A DNA stretch of 59,905 nt, counting the filler, from Piptocephalis cylindrospora (Eukaryota): assembly GCA_003614145.1 (NCBI GenBank). It is 4 parts of 4 records of this genome, joined end to end, with 100 filler letters (N's around TTAATTAATTAA, not from the genome) between each part and the next. Parts side by side here need not be neighbours in the genome. Positions count along the whole stretch, not along the records: positions 30,049 to 44,971 come from KZ987911.1; positions 45,072 to 59,905 come from KZ987912.1; 2 more parts are not named here. One strand, written 5' to 3'. This document shows, in pieces, positions 36,566 through 48,000 of this stretch. Positions within the stretch are counted from its first letter, which is position 1; the number at the start of each line of letters is the position of its first letter. The translations under genes were made by a program, and so were the position numbers. The notes beneath the pieces are model-generated. The model did no database searches, was not told the DNA's origin, and saw nothing but the letters and a program-made list of their open reading frames with translations.

Positions 36566-37906
36566 ATGACATCTCTAGCCCCCACCCTTCTTCTCATCTT
36601 GTCCATCTTGGCCCTTATTTCACGGGAGCCAGGGTTCATATCCGCCATTCCGGTTATTAGTCGCCCATTCTCGCCTAACGACGATCGTTCCTCTCTATCT
36701 AGGTTGCATTCCTTTCACAAACAAGGCTCATCAAATGATCATGGACATCTTATGGGCCATGTAAGTATTCCAGGGCAACTGAGAGAAATTGGCTTTGAGA
36801 GATTCTTGAATATGCCTGCCTTTCTCTTATGCTCGGCCCACTCACACCATTTATCGTCATTTTGTTAGACTCAGTGGAACTACGACGAAGCATCTACAAT
36901 TTATCCAATGACTATTACCAGCCAGTATCAAGATGCTACACAGCCTGAGGACATGATGCCAATTTCTGTCACGAGGACTTTTCTAAAACGCACTACCGAT
37001 GCGTCCCAAACTTTACACAAGTTACTCAACGACGATTATCATCATGGACCAGTTAATCCTCGACCTTCCCTTTCCCATGCTGAAAAAGATACTGCGAAGC
37101 AATGGCTTGAGTCTTCCAAGGAGCTTCAAAAAAATCTGAAAGATCTTAAAACTATGTTCAAGGTGGACATGGGGGCAGTTACCAATCTACACTTTATCTC
37201 CAGCCTGAATCAAAAGGAACTAAAGAAGGATAAAATCGAATTTCTTACCATTCGTTATCTCCAGGACGCGCTAGTAAAGCTCATTCCATCACTAGTCGGC
37301 GTTTCCAAGGCCTACCGCACCATCTCAATTCCGAAGAATCATGCTATTCTCGATATACGTAAGCTCGCCGAACATATTAAGGCCATTGAGAAGGTCCCTC
37401 TAACCGTAATCGAGCCAAATTTTCTTATCAGTTCAGCTTTTGATAAGGCCGATGATGCTGACAAACTGATCCTGGAGGCTAACTGGATGGCTCATCTGCT
37501 CGAGGTTGTCTCCATGATGACGTGGACTAAAGGCGCTTGTCATTTCCCATCCTTCCTGAAAGATTATCCAAGAGCTCCCACAGTGGCCAATAGCCTTGAA
37601 AGCCTTGACCAGATGATCCAGCTCGAGAAAAAGAAAAGATCGATTAATGCTCGGACCGGTCAGCAAAAATACCTGAATAATGTCGACGATGTGAATAAAT
37701 GGATGAAGGCTATCGGGCCCTTGAATGGTCGCGGCCAATTCTGCCCTTCAGATGCCCTTTCTGGATTGCTTGAGAAGGGTGATCTGATCATCCGTATGAT
37801 CAAAGAGTCGGCCAAGAAACTGACGGGTATAGTTCGTGCTATGATCAGTGGGGGCTCCGAATGGAATGATTTGGTCAAGAAATCCATTCGTCCTCCCAGG
37901 TCCTAG
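36566..37906 (+). CDS. Secreted orphan helical protein, paralogue A (~410 aa)
   Basis: Exons 36566-36760 and 36869-37906 (phase-0 GTAAGT..TAG intron). Signal MTSLAPTLLLILSILALISREPGFISA. Confidence 0.8.
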
Positions 37907-38479
37907 ATTGAATATCCTTAATTTTTCCGGAGGAGGAAGGCAGAGAGTAGAGTTGAATAGGTGGGCGGATGTCTTATGAAATCTGGTAATGAACAATGAA
38001 TATGGGTCTGATTGAGGAGCTTTTTGGTCCTGATAGCGGAGTGACCTCACCATACTTCCACGCCATTCACAAGAAGGATCATTATTAACGAGAGAGGAAC
38101 AAGACCAGGCGGTGAAATCTTCAATAAACTCAAGCCTGTCGGAGTTGGATTTCCCAATGGCAGGGTATGGGAACCTGTGCATCAAGAAATATCCTACATC
38201 AGGTGGAGTGCCATGTGGGATGGTCAGGCCTGAATAAATAAACCATCTCCTTGACTCAGAACAGCCAGCCAGTCCTTCCCTTCCAACCTTCCTCTTGCCC
38301 CTCCTTCTCCCATACTCATTGCCAGTATCTCCAAGCCGACTCCTCCTCAGGAAACGCAATTCAAACCGCCTTTACGTTCATACTGACGTCTATCTCAATT
38401 CTTACTCTAACCCAAACCCAATTTCCCTGAACCTTCTCCCCGTCCGTCCTTTTGCCCGCCCTGGTGATCCAAAGCCGTT

Positions 38480-39871
38480 ATGCGCCACATTACCTCCTCA
38501 TTTCTCCTTGCCCTCTCTGTCATATCGCTGGTTTTCTTGGGGGAAAGACCTGTTATTGCGCTGCCGCCTACAGAAACCCTTGTCAAAGGACCTCTTACAA
38601 AGGAGAACTTGGAGAAACATACCAATACTAAAAGCTCCTCCAGCGTCAGTGACTCAGCTAGGGTAAGTGTATCAGCTTTATGCCATCCTTTTTTTCCTGC
38701 CTCTCGTCAACACTAATGATTCGGAATTCTTGTATTGGTGAGGGAATAGGTATTAGCTTGGGCGGAAAAGGTAGAAAGAATAGATGATCCCCACCACCTC
38801 CCATCTTCCCCGAAACGATCAGATGCACCTTTAGCATCACATTCCTCCTCCGTCAGCTCCTTCTACGATCGGAGAAGTGAGCATTCCATATTCTTACCGG
38901 AAGATCCTAGCACTTATCAGAATTTCATTAGCGAGCATCTCCCTCTCATTCACACGGCTCTCAATCGGATACATCGTACTAGTCGTTCTTCTCCGGCTGA
39001 GATCTCACCAGAAAATCGAAAGATTCTATCCGAGTGGCTCGAAATTTCCGGAGAGATCGATATAAAGTTCAGTAGGATCCGCGGTTTTTTTCAAAATGGC
39101 GTCCAGAGACTAAAGGAGCTTAGGCTGATAACCCCTAAAATGCTAAGATACGTCGGGGGTGACGACAATGATATCTCCACAGTTCAATCTCTTCTCAAGC
39201 CCCTCAAAAATGATTATCTTCCTTTTCTATCCGCTTTCGCCATTGGCCACTACAAACTCTCTTCTATCAGCCGGCCCTCTAATCTACCTGGAAAGCATCC
39301 CTCGAATAACCTTCAAACTTTAGATTTCATACATGAAATCAAAAAAAATCCAAACGTAAAAATCAACGCTAAGCTCCTCTCCTGGTCGACCTTGAAGGGG
39401 CTTGACCGTGCCTACAATCTCGTTCTAGAGGTTCACTGGATGATGAATATACTCAAAGTAGTGAGTATGGTGGTGGAGATGCAAAATTTTTGCCGATCCT
39501 CTTCCGAGATCTTTCACAAACTACGTATGTCCGAGATTCCAGTCTACAGCATGCAAGGAATTAAAGAGATGATGAAGGACAATAGGATGAGTGGCATCAA
39601 TTTAAAAGAGCTGTCGAACAGGAAAAGTGAGATAGTAGCCATGGTAAGGAAATCGATCGAGGATAATCAAGGCCATATCGGAAGCAAGCCTGATTGTGAT
39701 TTGGCTGCCTTAAATAGGCTCTGTATGGATGCCGATAACCTACGTACCATGATCCATAAGTCTGTTGAACAAATCCTTTCCATGATTGACGACCTTAAGG
39801 ATGACTTAATGAAGAAAAACCGGCAGGTTCACACATATCTGGGTAGGCCCCGTCGCCACTCTATTTCATAA
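38480..39871 (+). CDS. Secreted orphan helical protein, paralogue B (~434 aa)
   Basis: Exons 38480-38662 and 38750-39871 (phase-0 GTAAGT..TAG intron; frame open from 38750). Signal MRHITSSFLLALSVISLVFLGERPVIA. Collinear similarity to paralogue A. Confidence 0.8.
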
Positions 39872-40390
39872 GCCCTTTTTTGTGTATCAGTTTCGGTGAT
39901 GGATAACCAATTTTTGGCCAATACATTGCCTTTTCTCTCTCTCTATTTCATAAGCCCCCTTCGGTTATGGTGGGAAAATGGGATGGCTTTCTAGATGAGT
40001 ACAGCCAATAAAGCACAGTTTTTCTGGCCTCACTCATATCCATGATTCTTCAACTTTGTTGATGCCCAAAATGTATGGATGTACAAAGGGACCGATGCGG
40101 GCTTCTCATTCTCCAGGGACTTGGCATAGTGAACAGAATGCGCATTTCGCTCTTGGCGAAGATTTGAAGAGGAATGAATGAACCTTCTTTACTTTTGGAA
40201 TCACCATTCTTCTCCAGCTCTCGTAGTATGTCGAGGTCGAGAAAGAGGGTCAGATCTGAAGGTGCAGTTCCAGAAATATACAGCCTGAGTCGGTAGCCAT
40301 TGAAATCACTGACCCCTTATGATCAGCCGAGGCCCATAAACTTTGAAACCAACAACAATGGCAATTTAAGTAGTCTCCCTCGCGTGTTAG

Positions 40391-40602
40391 ATTGATTGAT
40401 AAAACCTTTATATTTTCCCTCAATGGGGTAGACTGCTAGGCATCCGAACATATAAACCCGCCCAAATAGACCCTCCCTGGCGTGCTAAAAAAGCATTAAG
40501 TGTGGCTCAAATGAGCCGGACAATAGTAAGAGCGGGTGTTGTTATGCTCGGATATCTACCAGCTTACCCCACTGAGGGAAAATATAACTGTTTTGTCATC
40601 AT
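40391..40602. mobile_element. Fold-back / MITE-like element with ~70-bp imperfect terminal inverted repeats
   Basis: Reverse complement of the left arm (gcgggtttatatgttcggatgcctagcagtctaccccattgagggaaaatataaaggttttatca) matches 40532-40599 (gcgggtgttgttatgctcggatatctaccagcttaccccactgagggaaaatataactgttttgtca). Left arm recurs at 386-463. No clear target-site duplication. Confidence 0.7.
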
Positions 40603-41313
40603 CCCGGAGTAATCGTTGTCCCTTCCGCTTCTTTCTTTGCTTTGAAAACACATTTATTTTCTGGCCTCCATACCAAATATTTGTCATGTAGGGTTTACCC
40701 AGAAAAAATTCGCCTGCCCCTTCCGCTTCTTTCAGTAGAGCTTTTCTATGCACGGCGTAAAATATTTAAGAGATTGATATCAAAATTAAGTAATAAAGAC
40801 GTGACACAAAAAAGGAATCGAAAGAAAATGAGAAATGGGAAGGAGCCTCTGATTAGAAGTGGAAAAGGTAATTCTGAATATGAATACATCTTCCTTCGCA
40901 GTTAAGGTTCCTTGAGTTCTCATTTATAGACCTCGTCCGGCTCTTTGGTTACTCTTTACAGTAAGGAGCATGAATAAGCTTTCGTCAGATACCGCGACGA
41001 AAATATAGCCCTTCTCGACAGCAACTCTCATCCAAAATGTTCTCACTTGCACCTACCACACGTAGTTCTTTCCCTTGATTCTAATTTCTACGCCAGACCA
41101 CCATCTGATGCTGAGCTTTAAAAGGCCCCACAGAGTGAATACGACGATAAGCTGGGGTGGACTTGTCCAAACGCTCCAGCCCCTTTCAGCCCGTCGGGCC
41201 ATTCTTTGGTGCCCTGTTGCCACGTCTTGTACCTAACCCATGTCATCAAAACTACTGTACCTATCTTGTGGAGCTTGTGCTTTGACCCCACCCTTCATCT
41301 TTCCCTTTCCATC

Positions 41314-42371
41314 ATGTCATCCTCCATGCGCCAGCGTAAGGAAGCGAAAAAGGAGGCTACCTCCGTGGACGGTACGACGGCCGGTCATGCCGGCCCTAGA
41401 TCGGCTCACACCTACCTCTACACCTGGGATGACCTTCCAGCGTGGATGCGGGACAATCGATATATTCTCACGGGATATCGACCCCCGGCCCTTTCGTACC
41501 TCTCGTGCTTCAAGTCACTCGGATATGTCCATAATGAGTCCGGAAATATTTACTCTCATCTTCTTGGGGCCTTGGCCTATCTTTCCCTAGGGGTATATAC
41601 TCTTTATCAACTCGAACCCCTGGCGCATACTGCCGAGTGGACGGACTACATGGTGATGGTATGCTTCTTTGCCGGAGCCGTTGGATGTCTGACCTGCTCC
41701 TCGGCTTTCCATCTCTTGTCCTGCCACTCAGAGGGGGTGTGTAAGGCGTGGAATCGGTGCGATCATCTAGGCATTGTGATCCTCATTGTTGGATCCTATT
41801 ATCCCGCAGTGTACTACCTCTTCTACTGCTCCCCCTTCCTCCTCCGCTTCTGTCTCACGTCTATCTCCATCCTTGGCGGCATGACGGCTTGGGCATGCTT
41901 CTCCCCTCGGTTCCAGGGGCATGAGTTTATCTGGGCTCGCATCGCCATCTTCATTGCCCTGGGTACAGCTGGGATTGTGCCGATTGGCTACTCGGTATAC
42001 CTTCATGGATGGGAGCATGCCATGACGGCCATGCAACTTCCTTATTATCTGGCGATGGGTCTTTCCTACATTTCCGGAGCCCTCATTTATGCCGCTAGGT
42101 ACCGGTGGGGAGGGGCATGTTGTGATTTCCTTATGGATGTACCACTGATCCTCCTCCTCCTCCTCCTTGCTTCTCCTCACCTCTTCCTCACCGTATTAGA
42201 ATTCCTGAGAAATGGTTCCCGGGTCGATTTGACATCTACTTTCACTCTCATCAAATCTTTCACTTTTGTGTCCTTGCTGGAGTCTTTGCCCATTATCTCG
42301 GGGTCATGCACAGCTTTATCTGGAGACACACCAATAACCCCGCCTGTATTCCTGGCCTTGATATGTTGTAA
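41314..42371 (+). CDS. PAQR/IZH (adiponectin-receptor/haemolysin-III family) 7-TM protein
   Basis: Exons 41314-42098 and 42200-42371. Motifs LPAWMRDNRYILTGYR, HNESGNIYSHL, SSAFHLLSCHS, DHLGI and RIPEKWFPGRFDIYFHSHQIFH. Confidence 0.94.
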
Positions 42372-42585
42372 GAGCAGGTACCCTAGCATGACGATCGCCT
42401 CTTTTCTAGACTTGCCAGAGCATCCGTTCTTGAATAGAGGCTTTAAAGGTGGTACGTTTGCAATCTGTATTATTAAAAGGATACCTGCTGATGAACTGGG
42501 ATGATGAGGGGCGGGCGATAGCAAGACCTATACCGACAGGATAAAAGTATTTATTCGATGGTTGGTTTCCACCATCTTTTCTCAC

Positions 42586-42630
42586 TCCCCATCTCATCCC
42601 ATCCCATCCCATCCCACCCCACCCCACCCC
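42586..42630. repeat. (CCCAT)n/(CCCCA)n microsatellite between convergent PAQR and MSL5 3' ends
   Basis: ccccatctcatcccatcccatcccatcccaccccaccccacccc. Confidence 0.8.
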
Positions 42631-42692
42631 TCTACCTACGGGTCCATCCATACATGAAGGGCTCTTGGTCAAATCATGCAAGACTATCCCCC

Positions 42693-44805
42693 CTAGTAGT
42701 ACCCACCAGAACCAGATGTGGTACTATCGCCTCCGCCATAGCCATGACTGTATGCGGCATTAGGATTGGGCGCTTGAGCGGCATCTACTCCAGGAGGCGC
42801 CTCTTCGGCCGCTCCAGGCGCGCCATACGCACCTGCTACCGAATAGCCCGAAGATGCTGTAGAGGCCCAAGGAGCAGCAGCAGGGTTTGCTGAGGCAGTG
42901 GACCCTTGTCCAGCCCAACCAGGAGCAGCTTCACCTACCCCAGGAGGGGCAGGCGCGGATTGGGCACCTGATCCATACCCTCCTCCTCCTCCATACCCAC
43001 CACCACCGTAATTGCCGCTGCCATAGCTACCGTAGCCACCAGCTTGGGTACCGTAGGACCCAGCCCCTCGACCCACCCCGGTTTCCTCCGTCCCACCTGC
43101 TGCGCCTGTACCCCAATAGGATGCGGTGGGCGCGTTGGAAGTAGCATTATACCCATTGTACCCGCCCGTCGCAGCCCCGGCACTAGCCGCAGCCCCGGTC
43201 GCACCAGCTCCATACCCACCCATGCCCCGTCCAGCAGAAGGTCGATTGTAGTATCTACCATAGGTACCGTACTGGGAAGCAAAGGGGGTTTGCTGCGGGG
43301 GATAGGAGGGCTGAACAGGCTTCTGCCAGGGGGCAGCGCCGCCCATGGTAGCACCACCCATGCTAGCTGCTCCTCGTCCTCGGCCCGCGTCCCATCCAGC
43401 AGCGCCCATGGATCTCCATGGTGCAGCGGTGGACCCATCTTCTCCTCCAGCACCCGATTGGCCCATGGCGCCAGAGCCCCGACCGATGGGGCCTGCAGCC
43501 CGATCTCCTCGGCCCCGACCAACGCCATCGACACCCAGCTCTTTCATGAGTGCGGAGTACTCGGCTTCCATGGCATTGGCACGATTGGCGGCCTCGGAGT
43601 TATCAGGGGAAGCACCAGCAACCCCCGCGGTGTTCATCCGACAATCTTGGGCGACGTGACCAACAGCTCCACATCGCTGACAGGTGATGTTCAGTGTGAC
43701 ATTGGCGGCATGAGGACACTCCCAGCGCCTATGGCCATTCTCTCCACAATTGGCACAAGTTTGACTCTCATCATCGCGTAGGGTACCGTTCAGGGTAGCC
43801 AATTCACGGAGCTGATGGCGCTTGAGATCATTCATGGCATCTGGGGTGGAGCAGGCCGTCTCAATGATCTTATTGATCATTTTTACGGCCTTCTCCACCT
43901 TTTCTTGACTATCCGCAGCAACCTGGCAATGTAGGTCATCCTCGACCCCGTCGGTCATGGTGGCTGCCTTTCCCTCCTTTACGCTTCCACGACCGCGGAT
44001 GGCAATTTTGGCACCGCTCTCAGACTCCATCTTTTTCAGGGTATTGCCACGGGGACCGATGAGAAGACCGATAAAATTGACCTCAGGGAACTCCCGGTCG
44101 GGGATCCAGACGCGATCCATGGCCTTGGTAGGCTTCTTGTAGTCAGTAGGCGGGACGTAAGAGGGGTCGAGGGCGGTGGCGCGTTGAACAATTTGGTGGC
44201 GTTCCTCCTCAAGCTTCCTTCGATACCGGACATCTCGTGTGTTGGCGCGTTTCCCATCAGCCCCATACACGGGTTCCGGGGAAGGGGACCGATCCCCATC
44301 GTTGATGGGGATGTAAGTACGATCATTGAACTTTTTGTTAATATCATCGATGCGGATGGCCAAGGCGTACAGTTCCAACTTCTCACTGGGAATATTCGTA
44401 GTCAGGGTTGTGGGGACCCCTGGGACCTGGAGACGGACCTCTACGGGGCCCCATCTGTTTTTCTTTCTTCTTGGTCTTCCATCTGCTATAGGAGGGAGAT
44501 ATGAAGGGGGATGAGCATAGGAATGGGTCATGATCAAAACAAGTCGCCTGGCCCTTGAAACACGGGATGATCAGGAAGAAAGGCAATACAGAACAGCACA
44601 TACATAAAGTTCCCTTGTCCACAGGAGGTTGCGGAGGAGCAGCGGGCTGGGATGCGGCAAAGCCACCAGTATGGGATGTGTAAGAGGTGAGATCCGATTG
44701 TTGTTGAGGAAGGACATGGTCAGATGCAATTTCCCCTGGACCCTGACCGAACTGTCGTCGATTTCCAACGGGTAACACGTTTGTTCCAGTGGGTTGCCAA
44801 ACCAT
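42693..44805 (-). CDS. MSL5: Branchpoint-bridging protein / splicing factor SF1 (KH-QUA2 + two Zn knuckles)
   Basis: Exons 44805-44604 and 44485-42693. ULM RRKKNRWG, RSPSPEPVY, NFIGLLIGPRGNTLK, QLRELATLNGTLR, CANCGENGHRRWEC and CQRCGAVGHVAQDC. Confidence 0.96.
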
Positions 44806-44840
44806 GATGAGGATGTGTAAAGGAGGAGAAAAGGATGAAG

Positions 44841-44872
<32 letters not shown>

Positions 44873-44971
44873 AAAGGAAGATGGCACAAAAAAAAACCTT
44901 AAAAAAGAAAGAAAACGGGGGGGGGACAGGGAAGAAGCTAGCGAAAGGGTATCTATTCCAAAGTCTGGGGG

Positions 44972-45071
44972 NNNNNNNNNNNNNNNNNNNNNNNNNNNNN
45001 NNNNNNNNNNNNNNNTTAATTAATTAANNNNNNNNNNNNNNNNNNNNNNNNNNNNNNNNNNNNNNNNNNNN
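44972..45071. other. Artificial contig-join linker
   Basis: N44-TTAATTAATTAA-N44. Confidence 0.98.
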
Positions 45072-48000
45072 ACCTCAACCAACTCGCTCAGCCGTGACCA
45101 CACAGCTGCTCGGACGTCTGTTCGTTTCCTCCCCAGTAATCGTCCCTTCTCTACCGACCGCGCTCGCTCACTTAGCAGCCTCCTCACCGCCTCAAACACC
45201 CCATGCCGTCGCTTCGTATCCATTAGATATGTCTCCACAATTCTCCCGTACCGGTGGGTCTTTCGATAGACAGACTCGAGCACACGATAAAAACCGGCTC
45301 TTTCGTACATCCTTTCCATTGCCTCGGGAGCTGCAGGAGCATACACTTTCAGCAGATCCTCCAGAGCTCCTTGTCGATCCTGATGCGTCGTCGGATCTGT
45401 ATCCCGGACCAGGGCATAGACGATGTTCTGAAGGGTTTCCCTTCCAAGGTTAACATAGGATATCTTACTGGCCGTCGAGGCGGTAGCTACGGCGGATACT
45501 GTGGGTCCTGAGACAATGGAGGCTCCCACTTCGTCTCCCCATCGGACAACACGACCCTTCCTCGGGCTCTTTCGATTCTCCTTCCCATTGGACTCGGGGA
45601 TTCCAGGGTGATATCGGGAGTAGGCACGGGACACCATGCACGCCACATGGGATATTTCCTGGATACTCCATCTATCACCTTGATCCTCCAGAGCCGCCTC
45701 CATACTACCTTGCCTACCCAGAAGCTGACCGCTAGCGGTAGGAGAGAGCGGGTATTGGCCGGGAGCAAGGCCAGAAATACTCCAGGATCTCCGTTTCTGT
45801 CTTCGCTCCTCCTTGGACATTTCTCGTTTCTTATCCTGCCCTAGGATATCGCCAGTCTCTCTCCTATCTCCCCCCAAATCGTCCCCGCCTTCGTCATATA
45901 AGCCTACCGCCCGAAGAATCCCCTCGAGGATTCCCTGTCGACTAACCTGACCAATCACCCAGTCAGGTCGGGGATTGTCAGGGGCCATGGGTTTTTTATC
46001 GAGGTAAGCATCTTCCAGTGCTCTTTCCATCATCGACATGGTCTTCCCAGTATCCAGGTGCATAAGTCGCACGAGAGGCGTTTTCCTCTCCTCCCCATCC
46101 TGTCCCTCACCCCCAAGTAGGTACCGGTAAAGATCCGTTCTGCCTCGGACAATACCCTGTTGCCCATCATCTCCTAAGCGGCCAAGAAGGGCCTTATCCA
46201 GGTAGACAAAGAGAGGATGGACCATTCGGTCTACCCTGGAGGCCCAAGCCCTTTCCCACTTGCCCCACATCTCCTTCCTTACTCGGCTCCCCTCCACTCG
46301 CTCAACTTCCATCACCGCATCCTCCTCCCCTCCCACCGGGATTCTGACGTCCTTGGGACCATACACCCGTTCCATTCGGGACCGCTCGGCACCACGGACC
46401 CTAACAAGGGATTCGCTCCGTTCCAAAAGCTCCGCCACACCACCCACCCAATCGCCCACCCCGAGGGACCAGATGCGTAGGAGAGAGGACCAGGCATGAG
46501 CTGCTCTAGCCTGCTTCAGCATCAAGTCCGAATCCCCAACTCCAGCCTGAATCTCAAGATGATTAAGGATTTCCTCCACAAAGACGTCTCTCCCAGTGCG
46601 GTGAAGAAGCTGAAGAAGCGATGCAAGGATAGGAGGAGGTACCTGTCGAATCCACCGCTCCTTACCCTGTCCCAGGGACCAGCCTCTTCCGCCCAGGCTC
46701 TTTCTCTTCGAGAGGATGTAAGGAATGAGCGCTTCTAAGAAGGCTCGCTCTTGATGTCTAGCGACAAAAGTATCATAGACACCCTCAAAGAGGAAGCGAT
46801 CCATCTCCTCCAAGCCTAGAGCTTCAACATCTTCGTCATCTTCATCCTCTTCACCTGCTTCATCCTCCCCAGGCGCGATATAGGTGACTGGAAGATGGAT
46901 GGAAGCTTGGATGACGTACTTGGCTAGCTGATACGCTTGGGCCTGAACCTCAGTGGCCGTTTCCTCCTCGGCATCCCCTCCATCCTGAAGGCCCAAACTC
47001 AGGACCTTCCGGACAATAGACATGATCCAGATCCCGACTATTCTACGGCGGTCCCGACTATTCTCGCACCCTTCCAAGTCCAGTCCGGGCAAGGAGGCTG
47101 CGTACCCAACCGCCATTTCCAAGGCAGTCAGTAACTTTCCATTCCCGATTAGACGCCCCAGACGGTCTTCCCAGCTCCTCCAAGATCCTTGCCAGATCTT
47201 ATGATCTCCGCACTGGAACAGGACTGACCCAAGCATCCCGCCCTGACTTCCCCGGATGGACCTCGCGGGTCCGATCTTACTGTCCCAGCGAGTCAGGGTG
47301 GATAAGTCCAGTTCTTCTGTGGACTCTCCTCCATCGCTCCACCATTGCTCGGGAGAGAGACCAATTCGTTCAATGGCCTTACCCGCACGGTATGACCAGA
47401 TTACCACGTCTCCCTCTCGAGTCCAAATCCACAACCAGGTGCCAGACCACCTCAGCCCCACCACATCGCTCACCCCAGTCCATTCACCCACATGAGCCAA
47501 AGATACCTGGCCGTCCCCATCGGCAAACGCACGCAGCAGCCAAAGACGTTCACCCCACGCATAGGCCAACACTGGCTGGGTCTCACCCTCAATCTCTACC
47601 TGGTTACCCCAAGCGAGACACCCACTTTTTATCCCATCAGAGGGAGCAATGGAAGATCTCAGGACTCGGAACACAGTTTCCATGCGGCCTTTAGTCTTTA
47701 CCACAATCATCTAAAAGTAGGAAAGAAGGGGTTAGGACGAGAGAAGGGAGCGCATTGCAACAAACCGCCCATCCTTCCAAAAGCACACCTTATAAGGAGT
47801 TAGAATGGCCACGAGCCCAGCCTCATCATTCTCATCGTACAGGGAATCTAGGCCTAAAATGGTTGTAGGCCTCTTGCTCCCGCTCGCTGTGTCTTTCACC
47901 ACTCTACCGAGGATGCGTGTGGTCTTTTTGGACTTGATTGGGCCCATCCAGCCCACACGATGATGATAAACCATTCCCTAATAGGAGGTGAAGTGAAGCA

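Noticed and set aside
39081..39095. Suspected frameshift at the T7 run in secreted paralogue B
   Set aside because: A recount shows GGT TTT TTT CAA keeps the frame open from 38750 to 39871.
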